A DNA stretch of 63,271 nucleotides, counting the filler, from Globobulimina sp. (lineage: Eukaryota), in NCBI GenBank assembly GCA_003354225.1. It is 20 parts of 20 records of this genome, joined end to end, with 100 filler letters (N's around TTAATTAATTAA, not from the genome) between each part and the next. Parts side by side here need not be neighbours in the genome. Positions count along the whole stretch, not along the records: positions 22,199 to 25,267 come from PIVH01003816.1; positions 25,368 to 28,436 come from PIVH01003817.1; positions 28,537 to 31,604 come from PIVH01003818.1; positions 31,705 to 34,772 come from PIVH01003819.1; 16 more parts are not named here. The stretch is one strand, 5' to 3'. Position numbers and translations under genes: made by a program. Below, one piece after another: positions 22,364-32,236 of the stretch (positions are counted from its first letter, which is position 1; every line of letters begins with the position of its first letter). The notes under the pieces were generated by a model. That model did not search any database. It was not told where the DNA came from and was given only the letters and a program-made list of their open reading frames with translations.

Positions 22364-25267
22364 TTATTCAATATTTAAGAGGGAGCAAAAATTTTGATTA
22401 ATATGAGTCAAAACCGATTCAAAATCCAGACCACAGTCACGAGTCATAAATGGATAGAGCTCTTTCAAGAGGGAAGGGTCATCTTTCAATTCTCTAGGAA
22501 AATTACAAATGGCGCATTTGAAGTATCCAACTTTGGGGCAAAAGCGGCGAAGGCCCTTCTTTGTTTGCTTGTAAGTTCTCATCAACTGTTCCTGATCACT
22601 TCTAATTCCTCTGACTACCGGTCTTTGCTCAGTTTCACCATCGACGTCGAACACCGTGCTCAAGTAATTACCAAGTTTCAAAACTTCAAGATTTTCCAGT
22701 GTATGTGAAATTCCCTTGCAGGCGATTTTGGTCGTACCTTTCTCACTAGCGATTTGATAAGTTTTTGATGCCAAACCCACAAATACTTGACCTTCTTGTT
22801 CCAGCTTGAGCAATAATGGTTTCAAACTGTCCTCTTCTCTGGTTACAAAAATTTTATCGTAACGCTCGTCGAATTCCCTCAACATTTCTGGTTTGCATAT
22901 AGCACGCAAGTCACTTCCTTTTGTCGACACTCCCAAAACACAAGAATCTGTATCGGTGGCATATATTTCGAATGAACCAGGACGAAGGTAATACTGTAAT
23001 TCCATATGGATGAATCGAAGCAAAATCATTTTGCTCCAATTTAGAATCCAAAAACCTATTTGTTTTGGCGCATTCTGGTAAATTTGTGTTTTTCTCAGCC
23101 TTACTTCCTGCATCGCATCTGGATTGTGACTCGGCCCCGCCTGTCGCATTTCCAAGTAATTTTCCTTATCCAAGGCAACATCCAATTTCTTTCCTTCCAT
23201 CACATAGCTGAGCTGGTGACGACCTTCTGCTCTGATAATGGAACTTCCAAAAAAGGTATTTAACATTGCTTTAGCTACAGCCACCTGTACCGGAATTCCT
23301 GATTTCTTTCCTTCCACTCTAAACTTTATGCACTGTTCCAAAAATGGTAGCCATGGGCGACCGGCACCTCTAAATTGGATAACGGTTTCGATATTTGTGC
23401 ACTCCAAACCAAGTTCTTCCACATAGAATCGAAGCAGATCCGTAGTTACGACAGTGTCTTCAACATTTAACTCATTGCATAATGATCGCTGGCCTTTCTT
23501 TTCCCCCAACATGTCATACTTGACTGCATAGCGTTTTTCAATTTCACAAAGATCCTTTCTTGCCAGATCACGATGCATCCAGAATGGTGGATAGAGCGCC
23601 ATTTGACTCATCTTAGCCCTCGGGGTTTGTAAGCTACACCTAACGACACCACAAATCTTTTTCTCCAATATAAGCTGAAGACAACGCCCCCAGGACATGC
23701 TTTCTTCGACAGGATTTGGACTCATTTGTGTTATGACATTTTTCACAAAGCTGGCTATGAATGGGTATTGTCTGATCATTTCTTTCCACTTGTGTTCCCA
23801 CATAACAAAAAGCTGTAAAACTTGAGGATGTTTCCTAATCAACTCCTCTCTTTCCAGGGTTTCCTCGTATACTACCTTGTTTGGACGTTTATTGATCGGA
23901 TTTATCCCATGTTCAAATTCCTCAGCACTCATGAAGTCTGGATGTGAATGGACCACCGTTCCATTGAATTCGAAGGCGTATCCATACTGTTTTCCATCTT
24001 TGTCATAATGCATGATTATCCAACCGTCCAGACGAGCGCTTTTTGACTTGGCAAGGCGGATGACTTTTTCTGATTTGATCCCGAGTATGGTCTGGATTTT
24101 TTTCTTATGCTTGCACTTGGCTTCGTACTGTAGCCACGACATGGCCAATAGTCCGCGTTCTTGAATATTGTCCATGTAGAAATCGTTTTTCTTTTCCCTG
24201 ATACTGTAAGAGCCGAGTACGGGACATTCGAACAGACAAGAGGAGCCATAGAGGGTGTTAAAATCCAAAAGAAGTATATTCTCAACAGTTTCAGGTATTT
24301 CAAATACATGAGCTCGAATTTTGGTGTAACCGACGACACCCAAACGTTTAAGGACATTGGCAGCCCCACCAAATATGTGTTCATTGATCAGTTTGTATGC
24401 TTCGGGTCCCAACTTTACAACATAATCGAGTGTTTCCACATCAAATTCAGCTAAGTGCTTGAGGGCGTATGAATAGCTCAAGCTGGGGAGGGTATTGAAA
24501 AACAGCATGTCCAGTCCTGCCAGCTTCATGAATGACTCCTTCATTCGTTCTACTGCCACCAGCACCCCCAAACAATCCACCGAACAGTAGAGAGGCAAAT
24601 AATGCCAAAGTTGAGTCATTTTCTTTGGCCCCCACACATTCATCTTCAGATTGTCAAAAACGACCCGACCTGGCTCGGGTTCGTCCGTTCTTTTAAGAAG
24701 CTTCAAAGCGTCTTTCTTGTCCATTCCACGCTCCATCAACTTTTGATAATGCTCGTAGCTTGTGTTGAGTGTGTTTGTTTGTTTTAGCTCAGACCAAAAA
24801 TCTTCGTACTTTACATCACTCAGGGGCAGCTTGAGATCGGCCACACTTCTCATTAGCTCGTATGGGAAGGCGAGCTTGGAGAACTTATCCTCTACCCCGT
24901 AGGCATAAAGAAAATTTGGCAGTGATACTCGTGCGTTGACAAAACGAAGTACATCTAAAAATCTGAATTGGTACGATCTTAGAAATATCCATTTTTGACC
25001 CCTTTTCAATGGTGTTGGATTTATGCCCTCGATCTTGTTCAGATACCATGGCAATCCATATCCACACAAGCAAGTAAGATCGAATGTGGAATTGTAAAAA
25101 AGTACCACCAATTGGGCGGCTTGCTTGTACATGTCGGTTTGATCATTCAACAACAAGTTAACTACACGCTTTGTACACCATATGGGTTGGCGATCGGTCA
25201 CTTGCACCCCGTCTTTGGTCCAGATGTGGATGATGATTCCATAAAACTTGCCCGCTTTGCGAACCTT
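22364..25267 (-). mobile_element. Protein-primed family-B DNA polymerase (Polinton/Maverick/adintovirus-like) with inserted Vsr-like nuclease domain; 5'-truncated
   Basis: ExoII FYNSTFD, FLD..KLAFPYE, ExoIII YCSVD, IFGG, motif A DFNTLYG, insert LDGW..FEFNGTVVH..VMWEHKW, motif B KAMLNTFFG, motif C ATDTDS, KTY, ACKGI. Intronless, and visibly less AT-rich than most host genes. Confidence 0.88.
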
Positions 25268-25588
25268 NNNNNNNNNNNNNNNNNNNNNNNNNNNNNNNNN
25301 NNNNNNNNNNNTTAATTAATTAANNNNNNNNNNNNNNNNNNNNNNNNNNNNNNNNNNNNNNNNNNNNTGACACCAATAATATAAAATAGTTTTGATATTC
25401 TGTTTATTTCTGCGTCTTTTAAAAGATTCCATGTCTGAACATTGTATGGAAGTATTGACTCGTTCCAATGCTATGTCGGGCGGTGTGAGCGTCTGATATG
25501 TTGAAAAGAGAGAATGCTCCATTTTTCCGTAACGATTAAAATGTAGTTAAATATATTAAGTTTTTCGTAAACTTAGTTGAGTTATACC

Positions 25589-26672
25589 ATGGATTTGTCG
25601 GAAGTGAATGAAAGCATTGTATCGGTAATATTGCAGTTAGAGGATTATAAAAATCTGTATTCAAGAAACCATGCATTTTCATTACGATTCAATGGTAAAA
25701 CAATGACAAATTCGACTGGGATTGCCTTTCAACACAATCATAAAATCTATGTGATTTGCGATGGTAATATATTTGCGCTCCATATTCAAAACAGTCCAAC
25801 TTAGGCAATGATATTCAAATAACAGTACAATTCAATCACACGTTTTCAAGCCAAAAACAAAATAAATATCTAGCACAAATCATCAAAATACATCATCAAA
25901 CAAATCCTTTCATTCTTCTGCCATAAATTCAATGATATATAAAGCGACACAGAGTGTCTTACCAATTTGTATTGGCTCACATTGGGGGCAGTGCTGTATT
26001 GATCGGCACTGATCATATATTGACAAATGCACATATTATCCGACCATATCTGGCAAACATCAATGAAAAGGATTATGTAAAGAGAGTGCAACGTTATGAT
26101 TCGCCGAAAATAGTATTTATATCGGTGATAATAACAGGAAATGGTTACAATGCAAAATAATATATGTAACACATGAGGATTCCCCGTGGGATGTGGCATG
26201 GTGCAGAATTATTGAATATAATGAGGAATATCAAGCATTTATGCATCCCATCAAAGTAAATTATAAATGCAAATATGATCTGGATAAGCAATATAAACAT
26301 ATATTTGCACAAAGAAGTAACGTGTTTGTGATTGGTTATGGTTTAATTCATCCATCGCGCGGATTGTCGCCATTTGTGAGTGCCGGCATTTTGTCAAAAG
26401 TGGTAGAACATGAGACTGATGTTGTTATTTTAAAAACATCTGCAGATATCCATGCTGGTCATAGTGGCGGTTTGTTGTGTGATGATAATGGATATTGTTT
26501 AGGTTTATTGACAAATAATTCTATCTTTGATTTTGATACCAATAAAAGTGCAATGAATACGTGGGAAAAGGAAGGATTATGGAACAATGATATGGATATT
26601 AACAACAATGATACATTATCTTTATATTTAGTTATCTTGCATTGTTTAGTGAGTAAGTTTTTTTTTAGTTAA
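25589..26672 (+). pseudogene. Trypsin-like serine protease of the TYSND1/DEG15 type, with disrupted reading frame
   Basis: Triad motifs LTNAH, PWDVA and IHAGHSGG, plus VIGYGL and VSAGILSKV. They are spread over several frames with stops, and I could not reconcile them using in-phase GT-AG introns. Confidence 0.55.
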
Positions 26673-26709
26673 ATGGATCACGATCTATTCATTACCAAGG
26701 AGCAAATAA

Positions 26710-27774
26710 TTGCTAAAAGAAGAGAGTGTCGACCACAAATGTATGTTCATGCATTATATCTTTAATTGTTCATTGTTTTCAATTTACAGCAAATATTTGT
26801 ATATTCTATTCAGATTTGTGAATTACAGAGCATATTCAAATAGAAATATTACAATAGACATTGAACCCGATGATACCATACAATTTATCAAAGAAAAAGT
26901 TAAAGATAAAGAAGGAATTCCAATCGCTGAACAAAGATTAATTTTTGCGACAAAACAATTACGAGATTCATATACTTTGAAGGATTATAATATTAAAAAT
27001 GAAAGTACATTGAATTTAGCATTACGATTAAAAGGAGGTGCAATGCAAATATTTATTAAAACAATGACGGGAAAAACACTTACATTGGATGTTGAACCTA
27101 ATGATACCATACAAAATGTTAAAGCTAAAATTCAAGACAAAGAAGGCTTTCCACCAGAAAATCAAAGATTGGTTTTCGCAGGGAAACAATTGGAAGATGG
27201 CAGGACTTTGAGTGATTATAACATTCAAAAAGAATCAACTTTGCATTTGGCAATGCGACGAGTGCGTTCCAGCGATTGTGTCGAGTGCTTGTGGCTCATT
27301 TGTGGCTTATTTTCGATGTTACTTTTATTGGGATTGTATTTAGGGAAAGATATTGCCGGATTGGTGATTATCTCCAATACGAATTGTAACGGAGAAAGTC
27401 AATATATATCATTTGGATTAAACGAGTGGATATTAATTGGATGTATTGTTCATATGGTTACGTTTATTTGCTCTGTATGCTGTCTTGGATGTATGTTAAT
27501 TTGTGATAATTCTGAACATTTTCTTCAAGTAATAATTCAATTCATGACTGCGTTCAATGATGACTTATCAGCAAAAATGTTCGTGTCATATGTAATTGGA
27601 GTTCCATGTTGGTTTGGTTTTGGTTGGATGGTCATAGGATTTATATTGTACATCACCACAAGCTCAGAAAAACAATGTGAAAATTTGGTTCTATCTTGGA
27701 GCATTTTACAAGCGGTTGAAACTTGTGTAACATTATGTATAACTTGGCTTATTGGTGAAACGCTTAACGATTAA
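26710..27774 (+). CDS. Two ubiquitin-like units fused to a ~4-TM Cys-rich membrane domain (start uncertain)
   Basis: [42 protein letters not shown], followed by four hydrophobic segments. Confidence 0.85.
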   Translation: MLKEESVDHKCMFMHYIFNCSLFSIYSKYLYILFRFVNYRAYSNRNITIDIEPDDTIQFIKEKVKDKEGIPIAEQRLIFATKQLRDSYTLKDYNIKNESTLNLALRLKGGAMQIFIKTMTGKTLTLDVEPNDTIQNVKAKIQDKEGFPPENQRLVFAGKQLEDGRTLSDYNIQKESTLHLAMRRVRSSDCVECLWLICGLFSMLLLLGLYLGKDIAGLVIISNTNCNGESQYISFGLNEWILIGCIVHMVTFICSVCCLGCMLICDNSEHFLQVIIQFMTAFNDDLSAKMFVSYVIGVPCWFGFGWMVIGFILYITTSSEKQCENLVLSWSILQAVETCVTLCITWLIGETLND

Positions 27775-27843
27775 CGATATATTATATTAATTCAAATTAT
27801 TTTATTAACACAGTATTTGTTTTTTCTTAATTCCGAATTCAAA

Positions 27844-28398
27844 TTATTTTGAAAAATATTTGCCGCAATTCCAACATGTTGCAAATAAAGAATATATCAC
27901 TAAAACTGGAAATAAAATCACTGCCATAACCATACCACATCCATCATTATCTTCTATGCAAGTCCAACACATACAGCACCAAACAAACCCGACCCAACAT
28001 TGTTCTCGTTGTGTTTTTCTGAGTGATTTTAATTGAGAGGAACTAAAACCTTTGCTATCACCAACATAACTTAAAAATAATGCCAATAAATCCGATGGAA
28101 ATTCATATTTAGAATGTTTTCGAATATATCCACAGGTTAATTTTACGACTCTTTCATCGTTGGGCAATGCACCAACCACATCACAACAACAAATACAACA
28201 CATCTTTAATTTATTCGTTCTTTTGGGTTTGCGTGTTCGTGGTTGCCTAAATATGCTCATTCCTAAATCATAAAATTGTTCAATTGTATACGACCTATTT
28301 CGATTCATTTTATTTTGATTACCCATTAATAATAAGTTTGAGGTTAATGTTTCATTCCTTGTCCGTGACAACATATCAATCGCAGTGTATTCTGGCAT
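27844..28398 (-). CDS. Small Cys-rich membrane-associated protein
   Basis: CCICCC and CCMCW clusters, a LTCGYIR..FPSDLLALF helical motif and a C-terminal TM segment. Confidence 0.6.
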   Translation of the reverse strand: MPEYTAIDMLSRTRNETLTSNLLLMGNQNKMNRNRSYTIEQFYDLGMSIFRQPRTRKPKRTNKLKMCCICCCDVVGALPNDERVVKLTCGYIRKHSKYEFPSDLLALFLSYVGDSKGFSSSQLKSLRKTQREQCWVGFVWCCMCWTCIEDNDGCGMVMAVILFPVLVIYSLFATCWNCGKYFSK

Positions 28399-28734
28399 GA
28401 CATCATGATAAAATCCAAAATTTGCATGATAAAATCNNNNNNNNNNNNNNNNNNNNNNNNNNNNNNNNNNNNNNNNNNNNTTAATTAATTAANNNNNNNN
28501 NNNNNNNNNNNNNNNNNNNNNNNNNNNNNNNNNNNNATTTATTATAATAAGTATATATATAATGTCATTCAGTTTCAAAGTATGCCATCATACAAACTAT
28601 GCGGTGCAGAAAACCGCAAGCTTCGAAAACATTAATTAATAATTACGGGAAACTGTTGTTTGTTTTGTTTGCTAAAAAAAATATAAAATTAAATTAAATG
28701 TACCGAGTAAACATTTTCTAACACACAATTTAAA

Positions 28735-30384
28735 TTATTTCAACGTATTTTGCAACATATTCCATGCATCATCTTGTTTATTGTGAGCCATTGTATTCCC
28801 ATTCGAATTCCCTTTATCCTGACTCGTAGCATCCCCACCGGTTACAAAATTCACGAGGGCGTCCATATTATTTATATTCCCAGATGCATAACTAGGCGCT
28901 GCTACATTTTGGGTTTGCCCCCACATCGATTGCTCTTCCTGTTGTGGTACAAACTGACTTTGTTGCTGTCGTACTGACTGATCATGACTTTGCTGATGTT
29001 GATATGGTGCCTGTTGAGTTTGCGCCGCTTGTTGAGTTTGCATCGTTTGTTGCTGTGGCTGTCCATATTGATATTGTGAATGCTGTTGTTGTCGTTGAGG
29101 TTGTTGCTGCTGCATTCTTTGTGGCTGTTGCTTTGATTCCACATATTGCGAAGGCGATTGTTGCTGTTGTACCCTTTGTGTTTGCTGATATTGTACTGAT
29201 TGGGGCTGATACTGCGCATATTGTGACTGCTGATATTGCCCTTGACCATGACCTTGTGATTGTGATTGTGGCTGTTGATATGTTTGTTGTTGTGTTGATT
29301 GAGGCTGTGCCTGTTGTGGTTGTTGATAATGTTGCTGTTGATACGGTTGCTGTTGTACAGATTGCCGCTGCTGTGAATGCTGTGGATGCTGAACTTGCTG
29401 CGGTGATTGTTGCTGTTGTACTGCCTGTTGCTGTGGCTCAGGATACTGCGAATGTTGCGAATGTTGCACTTGTTGTGGCGATCGCTGCTGTTGTTGTTGC
29501 TGTGACTGTGTCTGATATGGATCAGTATAATATTGCTGCGACAATGCACCAAATGGATCATTATTTTTTGCTTCCTGTGGCATATTATTACGAGCCACCG
29601 GCCTCTCCCACGTTGACTCCTTCGTTGCATCATTTTGATAAAATACCTTTCCATCGGCAGTACGGAACGATGTCCAGCCGGCTGGCAACATTTGCTGTGC
29701 AGTCGACGTCTGCGCTGGAACTTGATATTGCTGCTGCTGTACATATTGCATTTGTGGCTGTGGCTGTGGCCGTTGCCGTTGTTGTCCATACTGCGCATAT
29801 GGTTTCTGTGAGTAGGGCGCACTGGGCTCAGGCTGAGGTTGTAGCCGTTTGTTATTATTAAGGTCGAGCTCCGCTAATGAGGCTGATAAAGCCAATGCGA
29901 GTTTGAGCTCTTGGTCTTCTTTCTCTTTCAAACGACGATCGTCCGCCGCTTTTGATTCACTTTTGTAATTATTAACTGTCTCTTTTTTAGGTTCGATGAG
30001 ATGGAGCCACGCTTTTGGGACAGATAAGAAATCCATAATTAAGTCAGTTTTGCATAACTGTTGACTCATTAACAAGGTACGGAGATATTGCTGTAATTTG
30101 GTACGGCGATCGGCCACCACTTTGCTGTCATTTTTGCCAAATAATAGTTTCTTTGGAAGCTGTGGAATGATCAACAGGTCGTCTTCTTGCAATCGTTTGA
30201 GTGTATCGTTGGACTGGACACGCTTTAATATGCTTGTATGCAATGCATGGAAGTCGCTGTATCGTTTGAAAATTATGTATGGTTCAAGGATGGAGCCTGA
30301 CACTTCCATTTCATACAAGGTATAGGCTTTCTTGGTTTGGGTGGTTGTGATGCCCAGGATTTTGACATTTAATAAGCTGTTCAT
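28735..30384 (-). CDS. PX + UIM + WW domain protein with long Gln-rich tail
   Basis: PX: YTLYEM..KRYSDFHALH..PQLPKK..RRTKLQQYL. UIM-like: EDQELKLALALS. WW: LPAGW..GKVFYQN..STWERP. Confidence 0.88.
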   Translation of the reverse strand: MNSLLNVKILGITTTQTKKAYTLYEMEVSGSILEPYIIFKRYSDFHALHTSILKRVQSNDTLKRLQEDDLLIIPQLPKKLLFGKNDSKVVADRRTKLQQYLRTLLMSQQLCKTDLIMDFLSVPKAWLHLIEPKKETVNNYKSESKAADDRRLKEKEDQELKLALALSASLAELDLNNNKRLQPQPEPSAPYSQKPYAQYGQQRQRPQPQPQMQYVQQQQYQVPAQTSTAQQMLPAGWTSFRTADGKVFYQNDATKESTWERPVARNNMPQEAKNNDPFGALSQQYYTDPYQTQSQQQQQQRSPQQVQHSQHSQYPEPQQQAVQQQQSPQQVQHPQHSQQRQSVQQQPYQQQHYQQPQQAQPQSTQQQTYQQPQSQSQGHGQGQYQQSQYAQYQPQSVQYQQTQRVQQQQSPSQYVESKQQPQRMQQQQPQRQQQHSQYQYGQPQQQTMQTQQAAQTQQAPYQHQQSHDQSVRQQQSQFVPQQEEQSMWGQTQNVAAPSYASGNINNMDALVNFVTGGDATSQDKGNSNGNTMAHNKQDDAWNMLQNTLK

Positions 30385-30490
30385 TTTTAATGTTGGTTAA
30401 GGACACATGCACGGTGCACGCACTGAGATTAAAATTAAGAAAAACTTTTGTTTAATTTAAATAATGGGAGTGTAAAAAGAAAATAATTTT

Positions 30491-31075
30491 TTATTGGCAT
30501 TTTGTGGACATCACTTTCTGTCTTTGTTTGATGGCAGTTTCTGTTGCGTGCTTGATAGGAATCGAATATCCCAATGGAAACAATACAAATTCAAACCATA
30601 CGAATAGCGGAGCGAGCACAACGCTTTGATAAAATGAGTCTAACAACGCTGGTTTTCGCCCTTCGAATACGCCATGGCCAATAAACTGCAGTATCCATGA
30701 CATTGCATGGATTAATAATATGGTAGAAAATGAGAAATTGGATGCAATGCAGGTGCCAGAATACCAAATGAATGCACCAAGCGGAAGCCAAGAAATTGCA
30801 GCGATTACATCAATAAAAAAATACGATATTGGATACTGTAAACAAAACCAAATGAATAATACATTGTTGACTGGAAAGCAATCTAATGAATATTTTGCGG
30901 GGAAATCCGTAAATATGTTTTGGTTAAAAAACGGAATAAAAGAAAGCAATGATATTGCTGTTATCAGCAATATTGGAACAAAAATAAAATGAATTATTTG
31001 GTTGATAAGATTGCTGTGATATGCGCCATAAAATGATAATTGTTGTACTAAATACTGTTTATTTTGTAACTTCAT
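30491..31075 (-). CDS. MPO1: Mpo1/DUF962-family ER membrane protein
   Basis: YGAYHSNLINQIIHFIFVP and QFIGHGVFEGRKPALLD signature motifs. Confidence 0.9.
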   Translation of the reverse strand: MKLQNKQYLVQQLSFYGAYHSNLINQIIHFIFVPILLITAISLLSFIPFFNQNIFTDFPAKYSLDCFPVNNVLFIWFCLQYPISYFFIDVIAAISWLPLGAFIWYSGTCIASNFSFSTILLIHAMSWILQFIGHGVFEGRKPALLDSFYQSVVLAPLFVWFEFVLFPLGYSIPIKHATETAIKQRQKVMSTKCQ

Positions 31076-31234
31076 TATAGTTTAATACGCTGTTGTAAGC
31101 TGCTTATAATAGCAATTATGAGTTAATTATATATGTCGTTCATAATTGGTATTTGACTCCTAATTGGTGTGTGATGTATGTCGGTGAATAAGACTCTCTG
31201 GCAAGATTGCTGTGATATGAGACCATCAATAGAA

Positions 31235-31582
31235 TATCAGCTCAGATATTTTGCTCATAAATAATTCTGAGCGTTCATTTTGAGTAAATTTGCTGAGCAG
31301 CGCAATATTTGAGAGAATCTGAGTGGATTATTAGTTTATAATTATTGGACTAAAACGTATTCATTGTATCACCACTTAATTGGATTATAATAACACTCAG
31401 AATTACTGCTCAGCTCAGATTTATATGCTCCAAATATCCATCCATTACATACCACGAATTGTGGGTGGAACGCTCAGGCATTTTTCTGAGCACTCAACCA
31501 TCAGACTTGCGCGTACGTTTCTGGCAATTTAGAACATTAATGAGTGGAATACAGCTTTTCTGAGCATTTTTTCTGAGCGATG
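31235..31582. repeat. Cluster of CTGAG(C)/(G)CTCAG motifs in both orientations
   Basis: About a dozen copies in ~350 bp of non-coding DNA, including TTTTCTGAGC three times near the contig end. Confidence 0.6.
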
Positions 31583-31704
31583 CATGCTTATTGGTGTAAA
31601 ATGTNNNNNNNNNNNNNNNNNNNNNNNNNNNNNNNNNNNNNNNNNNNNTTAATTAATTAANNNNNNNNNNNNNNNNNNNNNNNNNNNNNNNNNNNNNNNN
31701 NNNN

Positions 31705-31836
31705 AAAATAATTAATGATGCAATTTTTGTTCCAATCAAATCAAAAAAATTAATTGATATGAATATTATTTCTGATATTACAACAGAATCTGATAATCAT
31801 AGTTTCTTTATAAATGATGGGATAATGACACATAAT
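31705..31836 (+). mobile_element. Intein C-terminal splicing region (blocks F and G) within RPB2
   Basis: FVPIKS..ISDITTESDNHSF..MTHN followed directly by extein Ser (SAMGKQ). This replaces the sequence expected upstream in the conserved YQ-SAMGKQ motif. Confidence 0.88.
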
Positions 31837-32202
31837 TCAGCAATGGGAAAACAAGCAATGGGTGTTTATGTAACAAATTATGAAAAACGCATGGATAAAA
31901 CAGCATATGTATTATCATATCCAATGAGACCGCTTGTAGATACTCGCATTATGAATATTATAAATTTAAATAAAATTCCTTCTGGAGAAATGGTAATTGT
32001 AGCAATTGCTTCTCATACTGGATATAATCAAGAAGATAGTATCCTATTTAATAAAGGTTCTCTAGATAGAGGATTATTTCAGGCAACAGTATATCATACA
32101 GAAAAAGATGAAGATAAAAAAATTCAAGGTGATGAAGAAATTAGATGTAAACCTGATCCTAATAAGACAAAAGGAATGAAATTTGCAAAGAGCTATAAAT
32201 AA
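31705..32202 (+). pseudogene. RPB2: Fragment of RNA polymerase second-largest subunit, NCLDV (Imitervirales)-like; truncated by the contig edge at 5' and ends prematurely at 3'
   Basis: SAMGKQAMG, RMDKTAYVLSYPMRPLVDTR, GYNQEDS, DRGLF, KPDPNKTKGMKF. Extremely A/T-ending codons. Stops long before the RPB2 C-terminus. Confidence 0.85.
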
Positions 32203-32236
32203 ATAAAAACTACCAAACAAGCCACACATAAATAAA

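Noticed and set aside
13462-25267. Single-subunit RNAP plus protein-primed PolB as a linear-plasmid (invertron) gene pair
   Set aside because: They are on different, unlinked contigs with different codon style, and the RNAP has the features of an ordinary nuclear-encoded mitochondrial enzyme.
28902-29861. 306-aa and 305-aa alternative-frame ORFs
   Set aside because: By-products of CAA/CAG glutamine repeats in the PX-WW gene.
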